Shown: piece by piece, positions 32,521-45,009 of the stretch
Position numbering within the stretch: position 1 is the first letter of the stretch
How the letters are laid out: the number at the start of each line of letters is the position of its first letter
Translations under genes and position numbers: made by a program
The notes under the pieces: model-generated
The model's input: the letters and a program-made list of their open reading frames with translations, nothing else
Databases searched by the model: none
What the model was told of the DNA's origin: nothing
Source: Phallusia mammillata
Taxonomy: Eukaryota
Direction of reading: 5' to 3'
DNA: 64,000 nt
Assembly: GCA_965637545.1 (NCBI GenBank)
Contig: OZ281497.1
Coordinates: 21,576,001 to 21,640,000 of the forward strand

Positions 32521-35500
32521 TAAACGTCAAAAAACCTTTTTGCCACGCGACCTAATGTATCCTGTTCTCATCTGCTTTCCAATGCATAAAAATATTATTT
32601 ATGCGATAAAGTCTCTTAAATATTTCATATAAACCATGCACTGTTAGTGTATTTCATATGTTATAATCTTTGGTCATTACAGTGCATCGATTCTCTAAGG
32701 CATATACATCAGTAAGTCCGAAGGAATAAATTGAACCTTATCGCACTGAAAGCTAATTGGTTTCTCACCAAGACCATCATTTCATTGTGTCTGATGTTTC
32801 AAAGCCTCCCGCCTTTAAATATCCACCGAACGTTAAGGAACTCCCAAACTTCGTGCGTAAATTCACTGCGTGAACTTGGATTGCCGCGTCACTGAGTTTA
32901 CGATTGGAGAAACGTCAAGCGTAACCTACCGGTACCGGTCTACGAGCCACACCCTGTCAGCTTCTCTGGCTCCGTCGAACAAAAATTGAACCCCATTCAC
33001 ACTTTAGTAAAGAGAATAACCCCCGAACGAATTCCACGTTCCCAATACGCGTAATATCGGCCTAAAATAACCGTAGCAGTTTTTCAGCACATCCATCGGC
33101 ACCGGGGGAATAAGGGGTGTTTATTTGGGGCTCAAAATAATCGACAACGCTTCACTTGGCGCACGTCATCGATTTGTGAGGCCCGGTCCTTGACCCCTGT
33201 TCCATGGACCTTAACTAAGACCCTTCGGAAAATGCTCAACTTATGGTGTGTCAACATGATACTAAACCGCATCTCAGAGCCAGCGACTTGAGAAAGTTTA
33301 ACGAGTTCGTTGCGCGGTTTCAAAAGATACATAAACCCTTGCAGACCGTAAAAAACGAAACGTTTTTATTAGTCAGCGCGATTACCCTGTTTTAATATCA
33401 ACCCTAGAAACCGTTACTCGTCGCAAATTGAAGTAGCCCTGACTCTGCGTCAAGACTCTGCACATTGTTTGCTTAACGTTCCATCGCTATCAGCCCAGAA
33501 TATCTAACCACTCCAAGCGCATCGCTTTTAAGTTGAGCGCGATTGATATGATAAATTATGGTCAAATAGCTAGAGAGCCCTTTCCCCTTATGTATAATGT
33601 TCGCGAGAATGTCAACATTGCCGTAGAGGTGCAACCTGTATTGTCGCATAACTCTCTGATACGCGAAGTTGCTAGCAGCACCGCAATAGGAACTATGAGT
33701 AGCCCTGTTATTGCAAGGCTTAATCCTCTCTCTCTCTTGTTTTGCAATCCCAAATCTACTGTAAAGCACATTATAATGTATATGTTTTCAATTTGACCTT
33801 GTATTTTCAAATTTTTACCCACATCTAAATAGTGTTGGTAATATTTGGCCTTGTTTCTGAACTCCTTATCTACATTTGCCCCAACTTATATCCCGGTTTT
33901 GCTACCCCAAACTAACTCGAAAGAAAATTGCAAGTTTTCCACTTTGGCCGGTAATATTTTTGACAACGTATCTATATTGTGTTGACAATTTTGGATGAAT
34001 GTTTTCAACACTTTAAGACTATGTGTAATTGTGTAGACCACCAACGTAAAACGTGGCAGGTCTGAATATTCACACCTCGGGTAGCCACCAGATCAACGGA
34101 AAAGTATTTGAAAAAAATACATCGTATGCGAGAGCAAACCAAACCGCACGCACTCCCCGGTATTCAATCTTTTCCCAGGGCAGATTGAAAAGTCGTTGCG
34201 GGCTGTTTGCTGCCGACAAATATTAGCCAGGGCCACAAAAACAAACTGTGCGTTGTAAAAAGCGTCTCGTAGCATTCATATTCTTCGAGCCAAGGTATCC
34301 CCGAGGAAAAATCTTTCCTAACTACCTATTGTATATTGGATTAACCATTGAGATTTCAATTACACTTGAGTTATAAAGCAAAGTTGTTTTGTCATGGTTT
34401 CACCTCCGGTTAATTTCTCTTCCTTTTCTGTATGATGTAACAATGTGTGAGGTCGATTTGAACAATGACCATAGGAACGATTTTAGATATCGTCGGTATA
34501 TGTTGATATAAATGGGTTTGGCGGTGGAAGTGGACTTCGGTCGGTTGGAAACTCGCCTTTGATTGGCCGAATTTAGTCACGTGTTCGACAATTTGTGGTA
34601 ACTTTAAAAATGAACCTTTACTGAAGGTTCAACTTTGTTATGTTTCACGTTAAACATAAAGACGCCAATAAAATTCCTTTGTTAAGGTGATTTGTAGATT
34701 TTGTGATGACACATACGTTTCATGAGGTAGGAAATTGTTTTTTCGGCGTAATGGATCAAGTTTGTCAAATTTCTCCCAAACTTACAAAATAGATCAAAAA
34801 TTTACCCCTTACCTATACAGAAACGTTTCGAAGTACGTAGGCGATACTATAAACTTCAAAATCACGGCATGACATCAAAATATCCGATTAAGCCAAAATC
34901 CTTGCGGATCTTTCAGCTCACAACACCATCAGTATCGTGAAACGGACAATTTGACCGCTGACAGGCATCAGAGGAAGTTTAAAACCTCTTGCAAATCCGT
35001 AGAAAGGAATCTCTCAGGTCTCTTCACGTGCGGTTTGCAACGATCGAACTGTAACCGCCGCTTCGAGGACAGAGTTATGACCCAAGTGCAAATAGGAGAG
35101 ACTTGGCAGGGCACGGTCGACAAATACTTAATGAAAGTCTTGCGCAGGTCGCATTTCAAACCATCTTAAGATTCTATTGTTCTCATCGCTGCATGAACCC
35201 CTTTCAATTGCGAGCACATATGACTTTCAATGGTGCGTGGTAATTTGGAAATTAAACCAGTTTAGTCAACAACGATTTCTTTGTGCAAGGGGTTTTTGAT
35301 GTTGTACAATATTTAACTGCTTGATTAAGGATAAAATTACATGATCCGATTCTCCACAAATCAACTACAAAAATCCAAATAGTTCCCTTACAATTACATG
35401 CATAAAATAATCAGTTTTGCTGTACTACAAGCATTTTTAAACAGCACAAATTATATCGTATTGATCGCTTTGTTTGTGTAACTTCGCATTCACAAAAAAT

Positions 35501-38168
35501 CAACACAGAACGTTTTGCAAGTATCGCAGCGAAATAGGGGTACTGATAAAATTTATAATATTGTAATTTTGTTTTTGGGTTATTATACCGGTTTACTTTT
35601 TCGGGTACAATCATTGTTTGGGGGGTCAAGGGCAGCTCGGCGGTGAGCCGCGACGCGCTGCATGTAAACAGTCGCGTGTCGTAAACAAACGACGGCGAGC
35701 GACACGCGACAACAACCACGGCTGGTAGCGTTCGCAAAAAATCCGCTTTCGATATGAAGTGTGCCCGCTTGGGGGACCTGATTCAGATGCCCGGACGCAA
35801 GGGCCGAGACGGTGGTCAAATAGCTTGGGGCGGTCGGCGTCCGGTCTATTTCGCGTCCACTAGGGTCAATTTGAATCAATGCGGGTCATTGTTTTGAATG
35901 GAACCGTCCCGCACGTCGAATGAGCACTATAATTATGACGCAATTGGCTCGTGCGCACTAGGGTTATTAAGACGATACAATGCAGCAGGTGATTTAACGA
36001 GTACAATCAGGAACCGTAGTAAAATGGTTCCACGTCCCGCAAGATCTTTTGTTAAACTTCCTAGAAAGTGTACACTGCTCGTTGACACTGTGTCCAATTG
36101 CAAACATAATTTTTTCAGGTAGATTCTTTTAGACATTTGTTTTGTCGATTCTATTGCATAATTAAAGGATTTGTAATGCACGTTTAAGCGATTTCGTATA
36201 TACATGTAAAAAATGTCCATTGAATAAGTCATAAATATACTGGATTTATTTCTATGACAGCATAAACGGACATATACCTTTCAATCTTTGAGAAATTTAA
36301 ATGGCCAGTTAGAAATTTAAATTGCGTAGCGCGACTGCACTTCCAATTCAATAAAATCTTTTCGTGGAGAGAACGAAAGATCGCAGTTTTGCAATCCATC
36401 TGACAACAGAACGGTCTTAGTACACACCCCAAAATCGGTATTATCTAAATCGCATTGGCCACACGTCACACAGAAGTCATTGGCCACGCGTTTATCCCTA
36501 TTCAGTGGTGAGATTAATAACCAGTGTGCGGCGAGTGAATGGCGCGCAAAGTCGAACGATAACGATACAACAATGCGTTATTATCGGTGCGACGATCCAG
36601 CCTCGAAGCAAAGCCTAACAGTTGATTATGTGTGTTTGGGCGTGTCAAAAGACTTTTCACTTTGCCTTGTGCGTGCACAACAACCGATAATTACCTCGCG
36701 TGCAATGTAAGTGTTGCCACTGGTACAGGTAGCGATGATCTTACACCGTTTACTTACAACGGAACCTGGCTATCTTCTAAACCAGTTGGTTGGCCGTCTA
36801 AATGGCGCGTGCCAAAAAAGCGTCAGTGCGCGTTGGTAATCGCTAGTCAGTTCCATGTAGCACGCGACCTGTTTTTGTTTGCCTTAATGTAAACAGTTGG
36901 ACAAGTCGGCTATAGTATACGCTTATCTTTTTGGCCGCGGAAGTTCCAGAACGCGTTCGTCCAGTGATATGATCGACATTGTTTTGAAATTTGTCTCGCT
37001 TACGTGCATGTCAACATTGTCAGAACTAATTGCAATGCGGTCCGGAGAAACGGTTTTAACCTTGCCGGGTTCGCGAGATTTCTTGCACAACAATATGGCC
37101 GCCTCTGTTCTTGTCCTGCCGGTTTCAAATCGGGGTTCATAACGCACTATGGATGTATTTTATTGCGGGTGGATGTATTTAACGATGCATATCAGATTCA
37201 TCCGAGAAAAAATAAACACACCACACCGCATTTTGATTTTTTTCTTTTGGAAGCGCATTTTAATTCATAAAAGTGTCATCAAATGTGAATTTTTTAGCTA
37301 TCCCCTGTGCAACCATTTTTCGCGACTTTGCTTCTGCTAGAATGCTTTGCGCAGAAACAACAACAAAAGAATAGTTTGCTCACAAAGCGTGAGAATTTTT
37401 AACAACGCTCGAACATTTCAACGCCCTAACACAATGTAAACCATTAAAGTTGCTATAACCGCACTTACAAAGTTAGTGTTTGTTGTTTGTTTTAAGGAAT
37501 CCCTAATGTGATGTGTGCATTAATCAAGCGCGGTTTGAGATTTCAACTCTCACAAAAAAATGGGTCTGATTGCTATCTTAACAGTTTGTGGAGACAACAA
37601 ACCGAACATTTTAGCGCAACTGCTGATGTTTTTATTTTGTGGCTTGCTTAACACAGCAAAGAAGGACCCATTCCTAGAATTGGCTTGATCTCACTATCGC
37701 ACTGGTCCTCTAGGAACTGTCCCGTCGTACCACGTTTGTCGGTTCCGGATTTTCTGCGAAATGTTTCACGCAACAAACTCGTCACCACGCAATCAGAGAT
37801 GTCGTCCATTGGCGATTTTTTGAGGTTTGTCATAAATAACATTTTATTGTTTACAAAATTTTAACGTTACGATAAAGAATGAATCAGTATATTTTGTTGT
37901 TGTTTTTAGTTTTACCAACGGCATGTTTTTACTGTCCTCGTATCGTTGCGTACCGACTTTAACATTTAAGCAATAATGGTTGAAAAAACACAGATTCCAA
38001 CTTATTAATTTGATGATGTTAATTTCAAATCGGTTTGTAGGTTACCACATTCTGTGAAGTTTTAGACTATTTACGACTACAATGAAACACGTACGACCAT
38101 CAACGATATTTCACTGGGAAAAGTCTTGGACTATATTAAAACTTAAAAATAGAAGAGTCGCTCTAGAG

Positions 38169-39037
38169 CAGGGGCGGGCAACATACGCCCCGCGGGCCGG
38201 ATCCGTTTCCGGGTCATACATGGTAATGTGGCCCGCGGCCACAGTCTGCCGCAATCCCCCACTACTTGCATACTACGTCAAATTATAGTTGTAACGGACA
38301 GTAACGATCCCCAATAGCAAAAAACTTTCCCGCCGTTACTATCTAAGCAAAAAAAACTATCTAAGTTTGTGGTGTATGCATTAAATTGGTGTATGCACTA
38401 TGTATGGTGACCGGCTATATCTTTTTAATATAACGGTAACGAGCTTTCCCTCAAACTTGTTTCACTTTTACACTTTCTATAGGTCTGCTAGCGCTTCAAA
38501 AACTGCGAAGTTTTTGTATCATCCTTAAATTTGATAAATCTAGTGTAAGTTATTAATGTGGAATGTATAGGTTTCTCTTTTGCCGAGTAATGCCCCATTA
38601 CTTTTAATCAAAATAACAAAAATAGCTATTGTTTGTGCATAATCGTATGATGTTATCTTGTCTATGACGTCACAAACTTTGCTTGGATGCGTTAGAATTG
38701 CGTGAAATTGACCCTCAGTGTTGTTGTAGCAATTAAATTGGGTTTTAACTGTTAACATCAGCATTCGTTGGTGCTGGGTAAATCTAATTGCACGCAAATG
38801 CTCAAGAGTCAAGAACTTTAAAAAAAAAACGATATAATGGGGGGCGATATTGAGTCAGTGCCCTAGCAAGGGGGCGATTTCGCTAAAATGGTTGAAGACC
38901 ACTGGTTTAGGTGGTCAAAAATCCGTTTTAAATCACTGGATAAATACGCGATTAATGTATCGATTCGGGAATCCGGCCCGCCAAGTACTTTATTTTCCCA
39001 TATCAGGCCCGCCGACTGGAGAAGTTGCCCGCCACTG
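38169..39037 (+). mobile_element. hAT non-autonomous element, copy 1
   Basis: TIRs CAGGGGCGGGCAAC / GTTGCCCGCCACTG; perfect TSD CTCTAGAG; near-identical inverted copy at 61565-62467. Confidence 0.95.
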
Positions 39038-39228
39038 CTCTAGAGTCTAGACCGAGAAATAAAACGGCCCAAATTAATGTCTGTAATTATTACTGTTGTA
39101 GCACGAGCATTTGGGAAAACGTTTAAGAATGAAGCATGTATACTTTTTTGTGTCGATTGGGCCGTTGTTAGTACTCATGTGCTGAACAGATTGATGTAGT
39201 TTCCCCAAATAAAAGCCTTATATTATGC

Positions 39229-39444
39229 CAGTGGTTCTCAAACTGTGCGTCGCGACGCCCTGGTGCGTCGCTTCAATTTTCCAAGGGCGTCGCCGAAAAG
39301 TTCTGTTTCGTGGCTTTTTGTTGTTGTGTCAATAAACCCAACTTTAAAAATGAGTTTCCTCATTAACATTTATTTACTGGTGCGTCGCAAGTCCAGAAAA
39401 ACTTGTCCAGGGGCGTCGCAACAAAAAAAGTTTGAGAACCACTG
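39229..39444. mobile_element. hAT (Charlie-like) MITE
   Basis: TIRs CAGTGGTTCTCAAAC / GTTTGAGAACCACTG (same as 16256 element); perfect TSD TATTATGC. Confidence 0.93.
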
Positions 39445-42400
39445 TATTATGCAATAGGAAAATGTCTGTTTATATATCTGTGTTTGTTTAGGTATTATTA
39501 AATGTTACATTGTGTTCATATAGCCTTGTGATCCGCTGCTGGGGCGTAGAGCACGGTTTCGGCACTCGCGGTCTAGCGCATATAGGCAATTAATTATAAA
39601 ATCTAACCAAACACGACAACGGGACAGCAAACGCATAGCAACCATCAATAATGTAAGAAGTCACGTGATTGCCATAGCGCCATGAAGCCCCAACCTGCAC
39701 CATTAAGGTCACACATACAGAAATCAGCGCTGGGGTATGTGTGACAGCGACCCTTATCGCTTACCCGGGCTTTTCAAAAGTGCCGGTGGTCAGAGACCAA
39801 CTTTGATCTTAAAGGCGAGTTGACTGAATACCGAGCGTGACGTCGGCGGTGTGTTTGTCGAGAAGCGGGGCCGCATTCGCCCCAGCTGATGGATTACTTT
39901 GCAATATTTTGCCCCGACGCGCAACGCCAGCGATTAATTGCTTTACAAAGCTATCGACAAACTCCAGCAACGCTACCGGGGTTTGCGTGTTCTCTCCAGC
40001 GGCGGAAATCGACCTTTACTTATAACCGATGTCAAGAGGGGGTGTTAAAAGGGAGTAAGTGGCGTGAGTAAGATCTGGTTTAAGATTTACAAGGGTATTT
40101 TAAAGGACTTTTCTTGTTTCCTGGGGTTCGATAAATGGGTAGAAGTTCTGGCCAATTGCATATCGGGATAAAGGGGGATCTGTATGGATTGTTGAAGATC
40201 CAGGGGTTCCCCCCTATACCCGCTTTGTTATCCCTTACTAAAACATGTTTTACAATATGTCTACTAACGACCTATGCCAAAGTCAAAGGACAGTAATAAG
40301 TTTTGTCTCAAAAACTCCAAGTGTTTGCAGTTGAACCGCAAGTCTCATATAAATGTCACAACGAGGCAGGGCGACTCTCCGGCGCTCCATTCGCGGTTGC
40401 CACGGCAACGAACCCCATGCGACGTCGAGGAGGTATACTATGCCTACCTATAGGTAGGTGTCAAACAGAGGACAATCGACAGCCACGAGAGTTGTAAAAT
40501 TTGCCTAGGTCGATTATCACCGACGGTTTGTCTGAATCGGATCGTCAACTGAGGTTACACAAGTCGCTCTTGTTTGCCCTGGACGTCAACATCGTCCCAC
40601 GCAAGCAAATACCGCGCGAGTGACTACACACACTGCCACTGTTGGTCACAAACGATACTGCTGTGTAACAGACAAACTGAAAGGTCAAACCAAAATTCAG
40701 CACATGCACGACAACAGTTTGAATCGTTTTTAATCACTTGATACAATTCTTGGTTTGAAATTACCGTGTTTTGTTCCGAATAACAAGCATGCATTAAAAA
40801 CGTATTGTTTCGAATAACAAAGATATTGGACATTATACACGAATCTGTTCATAAGTTTAATGATGAATATAACGGCTCAAATAGACGGAAAAGCGACATG
40901 CCTTATTATTCAAAGTTTTGGCTGTAAACGGGTGTAACTGATATGGCCCCACATACGAGATAAACAAGCATATTACAACTGAAATCTATTTCTTAAGCTC
41001 TTTTCGCTGACAATTTTTGTTCCAAAGCATTTAAAAGCCGTTAGTAACATTTTTTCTGTTCTCTTTATTACACACATCCGAATTCGACGTGGCTTCCTTA
41101 TACTGCTTTTTGTTTATTGCACAAAGTGCAGAAGTATTAAGCTAAAACTGAACGGATACAAATGCATTTTTGTGGGAACGATAGCAAAATTCGTTACGAT
41201 AGCCAGGAATGCTATCTTAACGTCAAGTCATTATTCACTTGCGTTGATTGCATTGCGGTGTAAACCTCTGACAGTAGCTTGCCAAGGCGAGCAAACTTAA
41301 ACTTAAACAGATTATCAGTTTCTATTTACTATTTGCGTGTGGGTTATTCTTCGCTCGCTGTTGTAAACCCACCGAAACTACCAATGAAAATGAGGGATCT
41401 CGGTACACAATATACAAATATACGAAAACACGAAACTGTGTAGAAATAACGCACTTTTAACAATATGATTTTTCCATTTTTTGTTGTGGTTCGATACAGT
41501 ATCAACTGAAATGACTCAATAACACACTTCTCAATACGGCAGGACATTGTAAAATTTGGTCAAATTTGTATTTTTCGACGATATATCGATACTCGATATT
41601 GCAAATTTAAAACACCTAATATGTTTTAACGAAGAAAATCCTTGGGTAGTTTACATGTAATTTGGTGTTCATTTTATTTATTTTTTTCAAAAAGTACATA
41701 ACATCGTACAAAACCATTTTATCGTATTTGTTTTTGGTGCTACCGAAAGTATTTCAAGCTACACGACCAAGGGCATAAAGGTTATATTTACAACTTCATG
41801 TCATGACGCAGTGGTTTCCAGTCGGGAGTGCCATTCGTAAATTTCAGGGGTGTAGCGCGATTTTCTCCATACAGAGATTTTTGTCATTTTTATTGTCACC
41901 GTTGTTCAGCGAAATAAAAAAATGATAAAACTAAACTGAAGGACACAGGGTTTTTACAAATTGGATTGGAATTTCCCCAAATAATTGGTCTTGGCACGTA
42001 TTAACTAATTAGTTGTCCAAGTCCCAAAACATACTTAAATAGTGAGACTTATGTATTTACCAAAGGGCACCGCTAAATCCCAAAATCCTGTTTGTATAAA
42101 GCTTGACGTTTAGTACAAACTTTTAAGGGGTTCCGAAATTGTCACCGAAGCACGATTTTTTTTTGTAAAAAGACAGCACAAATGATGTCGAATGTAAAAT
42201 GTTAAATCATCGAATCAATCCCGCTCTATTCAAACCTAAGTCCGAACCCGACCCAAGCCCATCCCAGCGACTGCGATTTGTGTATCGTCATATTCAATAC
42301 CAACACTTGACCAGGACTTGCATGTCTTCGACTGGCGTTATATCAATTATAAAATAAACTGACAACAAAATTTTCTTTATGAAAGTAATGCAACAAAATT

Positions 42401-42894
42401 TGCTTAAACTTATTTTTGTGTTCCAAGGAATAAACAAAGCGTTTATCGTTAAGTATTTCTGTATACTAGCATTGTTCTGTATTCTTTTCGGGTGCATTAT
42501 AGCGATTGCAGTTTCGGGTCGTCCGCTTTGTCAGGCTTTTCGTTTTACTGCGACCCTTGGTCAACAGAAAACGTGAAACCACGTCAAAAGCGACATAACT
42601 CAAACAGTGATTCGACATACGCATTGTGTAAAGTCAAATTGCTGGTTCAATAGGAGAAAGTCAAGAATAAAGGTTTTGTTGATCTAAAACGGAAGTGAAA
42701 CCACTTGCCTTAAACTGCACAGGTAAAAACAGTGAACAATTGTTGCGAAATACAGTTCTACGAATTAGGTGAAAAACACCCTCCACCCACGCACAGTAGC
42801 AGATTGCGGGGGGGCATGCCAACTGCCAATTAGTAAGGGCTCAATGCCCAGACTCTATTGTTTTTGCCCTTCGAATGACAGATTTTTATGTGAA

Positions 42895-42895
<1 letters not shown>

Positions 42896-42938
<43 letters not shown>
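42896..42938. repeat. (TA)n microsatellite
   Basis: ~21 uninterrupted TA units. Confidence 0.95.
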
Positions 42939-42942
<4 letters not shown>

Positions 42943-44043
42943 GTATATGTAATTGGATAGGGACCTTTTCATAATTCAGTCAAGAGCCGTAGACAACCCT
43001 AATCCGCCCTGCTTGTAAAAAAAAGTGCCCATCTTTCAAGTTACTAACTTGTTAAACACCAAATTGGCATGGAACCAAGATCTGTTAAAACGGTTAGAAA
43101 TCACATATGTGTTGATTCCAATAAAAAGACAATTTCATGTCTTCACAAAACATCCAATGATATTTATGCTGGTTGAAACTAGCTGGACATCCAACTATTG
43201 GATGGGGAAAAAAGATTGACATTTGTGTAGGATTCTCTGTTGGAGAAAGCTCGCATATTATAGGCACCAAGCAAATCTTATTTTATTACCCAAATTTACA
43301 GGACTCGTGAGATTCTAACAGCAAAAAAACAAAACCCACTGACGAGAGTTTGCCAAGCAGTAACCAGTGTCCGAGACGTTTTACGACCTCGGACGCCAGT
43401 GTGACTGGCCGCAAGGGGGCGTAGCCAGAACAGCAAGTCAGTGTGTTTAAGTGGCATTGCTTCAAATAAAAGAAGCAATACCAACGCTATTATAACATGG
43501 TTCTTTTGTCCTTTCTCTTTTTTCTGGCATGGTTGGTGTGTATGCGATACAGCGATGTTTAAAACTAAACACCTCTGTTTTTGAGTAAATTTTAAATTTG
43601 TTACAAACAAAGTTGTAAGTCACACCAGGTTTTTGGGTTGAGGCAGGTCTCCTAAGACTCGGCCACAACAACGCAGCTGCCGCAGATCTGGCTAGGAGTC
43701 GGATCGCACAGGTTCTGTCGAACTCCACGGCGCCGAAACCCAATTTATCCCAGGAAGAAACACGCGCACTATAAGCAACCTACGAAAGGACGAATCGATA
43801 ATGATCTTGAAAGCGGACAAAGGAATCTGCACGGTGGTAATGGACAGACAACAGTACGAACAGAAGGCTCAATCGCTTCTGGACGACAGCGCAGTATACC
43901 AACGGTTAACAAAAAGTCCACTAAAAAGCATAGAACGGGAATTGAACAGGTTCGTCTGGAAACTTTGAACGGACAACTATCTCACCGACCAGGAATACCG
44001 ACACCTTAGAAGCACGGACGGTCTGCTTCCAAAATTTTACGGT

Positions 44044-44835
44044 TTGCCGAAGATTCACAAAGCTAATAACCCTTTACGACCTATTGTTTCATTCGTAAAC
44101 TCGCCCACGTATAATTTAGCAAAATTCCTAGCTGCCATAATTGCGCCTATCGTTGGTCTTTCCGAAAAGCTTACGGTCGCCAAAACGCTTTACAACAGAG
44201 CCAAGACACACATCAGGGATACGGCTATTCGCAAACACGAATGCAAAAACATTGCACGCGTGTTAGGGAATAACGGCTTCCCGCGTAACTTGCACAACTT
44301 GACACGTAACACAACCACCGCACAAAACAGACAGTTCAAATCGTTCACTTGCTTACCATACGTCCAGGGTGTATCTGAACGCCTAAAACGTATCCTGAAC
44401 GACGCTGGGGTAAAGGTGGCGATGAAACCTCTAAAAACAATTGGACAGTTGCTACCAAAACCCAAAGATGCCACTATACCACAACATCGTACAGGAGTTG
44501 TTTACCAGGTCCCTTGTCGTGATTGTAATATGGTATACATTGGCCAAACTAAGCGAAATCTAAACTCACGCCTCAAGGAACACAAAGTGGCAGTCAAAAA
44601 CATGGACGTCAACAAGTCCGCCTTATGCGAACATGTTTTGGAATGTGATCACCGCATTAATTGGAACGATGCCCAAATTTTGAAACAAGAACAGAATTGG
44701 TCGAAAAGATTGGTCCTTGAAAGTTGCCTCATAAATTCTAATTCAAATGTTTTAAATCGTAACGATGGCAAAAGCCTAAGCTCAGTTTTCCGCGACATTT
44801 TGCGTCCGACTTCCCCGTCAAATATCTTACATTAG
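44044..44835 (+). pseudogene. Residual PLE open frame: RT fragment fused in frame (junction 44165/44166) to the GIY-YIG endonuclease
   Basis: 263-aa ORF in the supplied track; lacks the RT YxDD core; the first codon is TTG. Confidence 0.85.
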
Positions 44836-44963
44836 TTACGCCCTGTCAGTTTGTAGCACACGCAACTCTTCACGGAAAGCCTTTGTCCTAATGCAATTAT
44901 TTTTCATCGTATCCCGCTGTGTTTGAACATTTTCGCCTCTGTGCCCGCTGTATTATTCATTTA

Positions 44964-45009
44964 TTGCTCTGAAGAAGCCCTACCGATCTGGTGGGCGAAA
45001 CGTCAGCGA
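44964..45009 (+). ncRNA. Minimal type I hammerhead ribozyme motif in PLE terminal repeat (copy 1)
   Basis: TTGCT-CTGAAGA-A-GCCCTACC-GATCT-GGTGGGC-GAAA-CG-TC|AGCGA: core CUGANGA...GAAA, helix II GCCC/GGGC + ACC/GGU, helix I UUGCU/AGCGA, predicted cut after C45004. Confidence 0.8.

Noticed and set aside
34968-35159. Minus-strand ORF resembling a CR1 C-terminus (FIKYLSTVPCQ)
   Set aside because: Similarity too short and no flanking RT motifs or tail
36455-36488. ATTGGCCACG as an ER-stress element (also near 50946)
   Set aside because: ERSE-II requires ATTGG-N-CCACG with one spacer base; here the spacer is zero
38540-39050. Duplicated ORFs (38540-38812 = 61789-62061; 38850-39050 similar to 61447-61752) as a gene pair
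   Set aside because: They lie within the two hAT copies and have no transposase or other recognisable motif
43462-43743. Minus-strand ORFs sharing GFGAVEFDRTCAIRLLARSAAAALLWPSLRRP (also 49345-49788)
   Set aside because: Antisense shadows of the PLE RT frame
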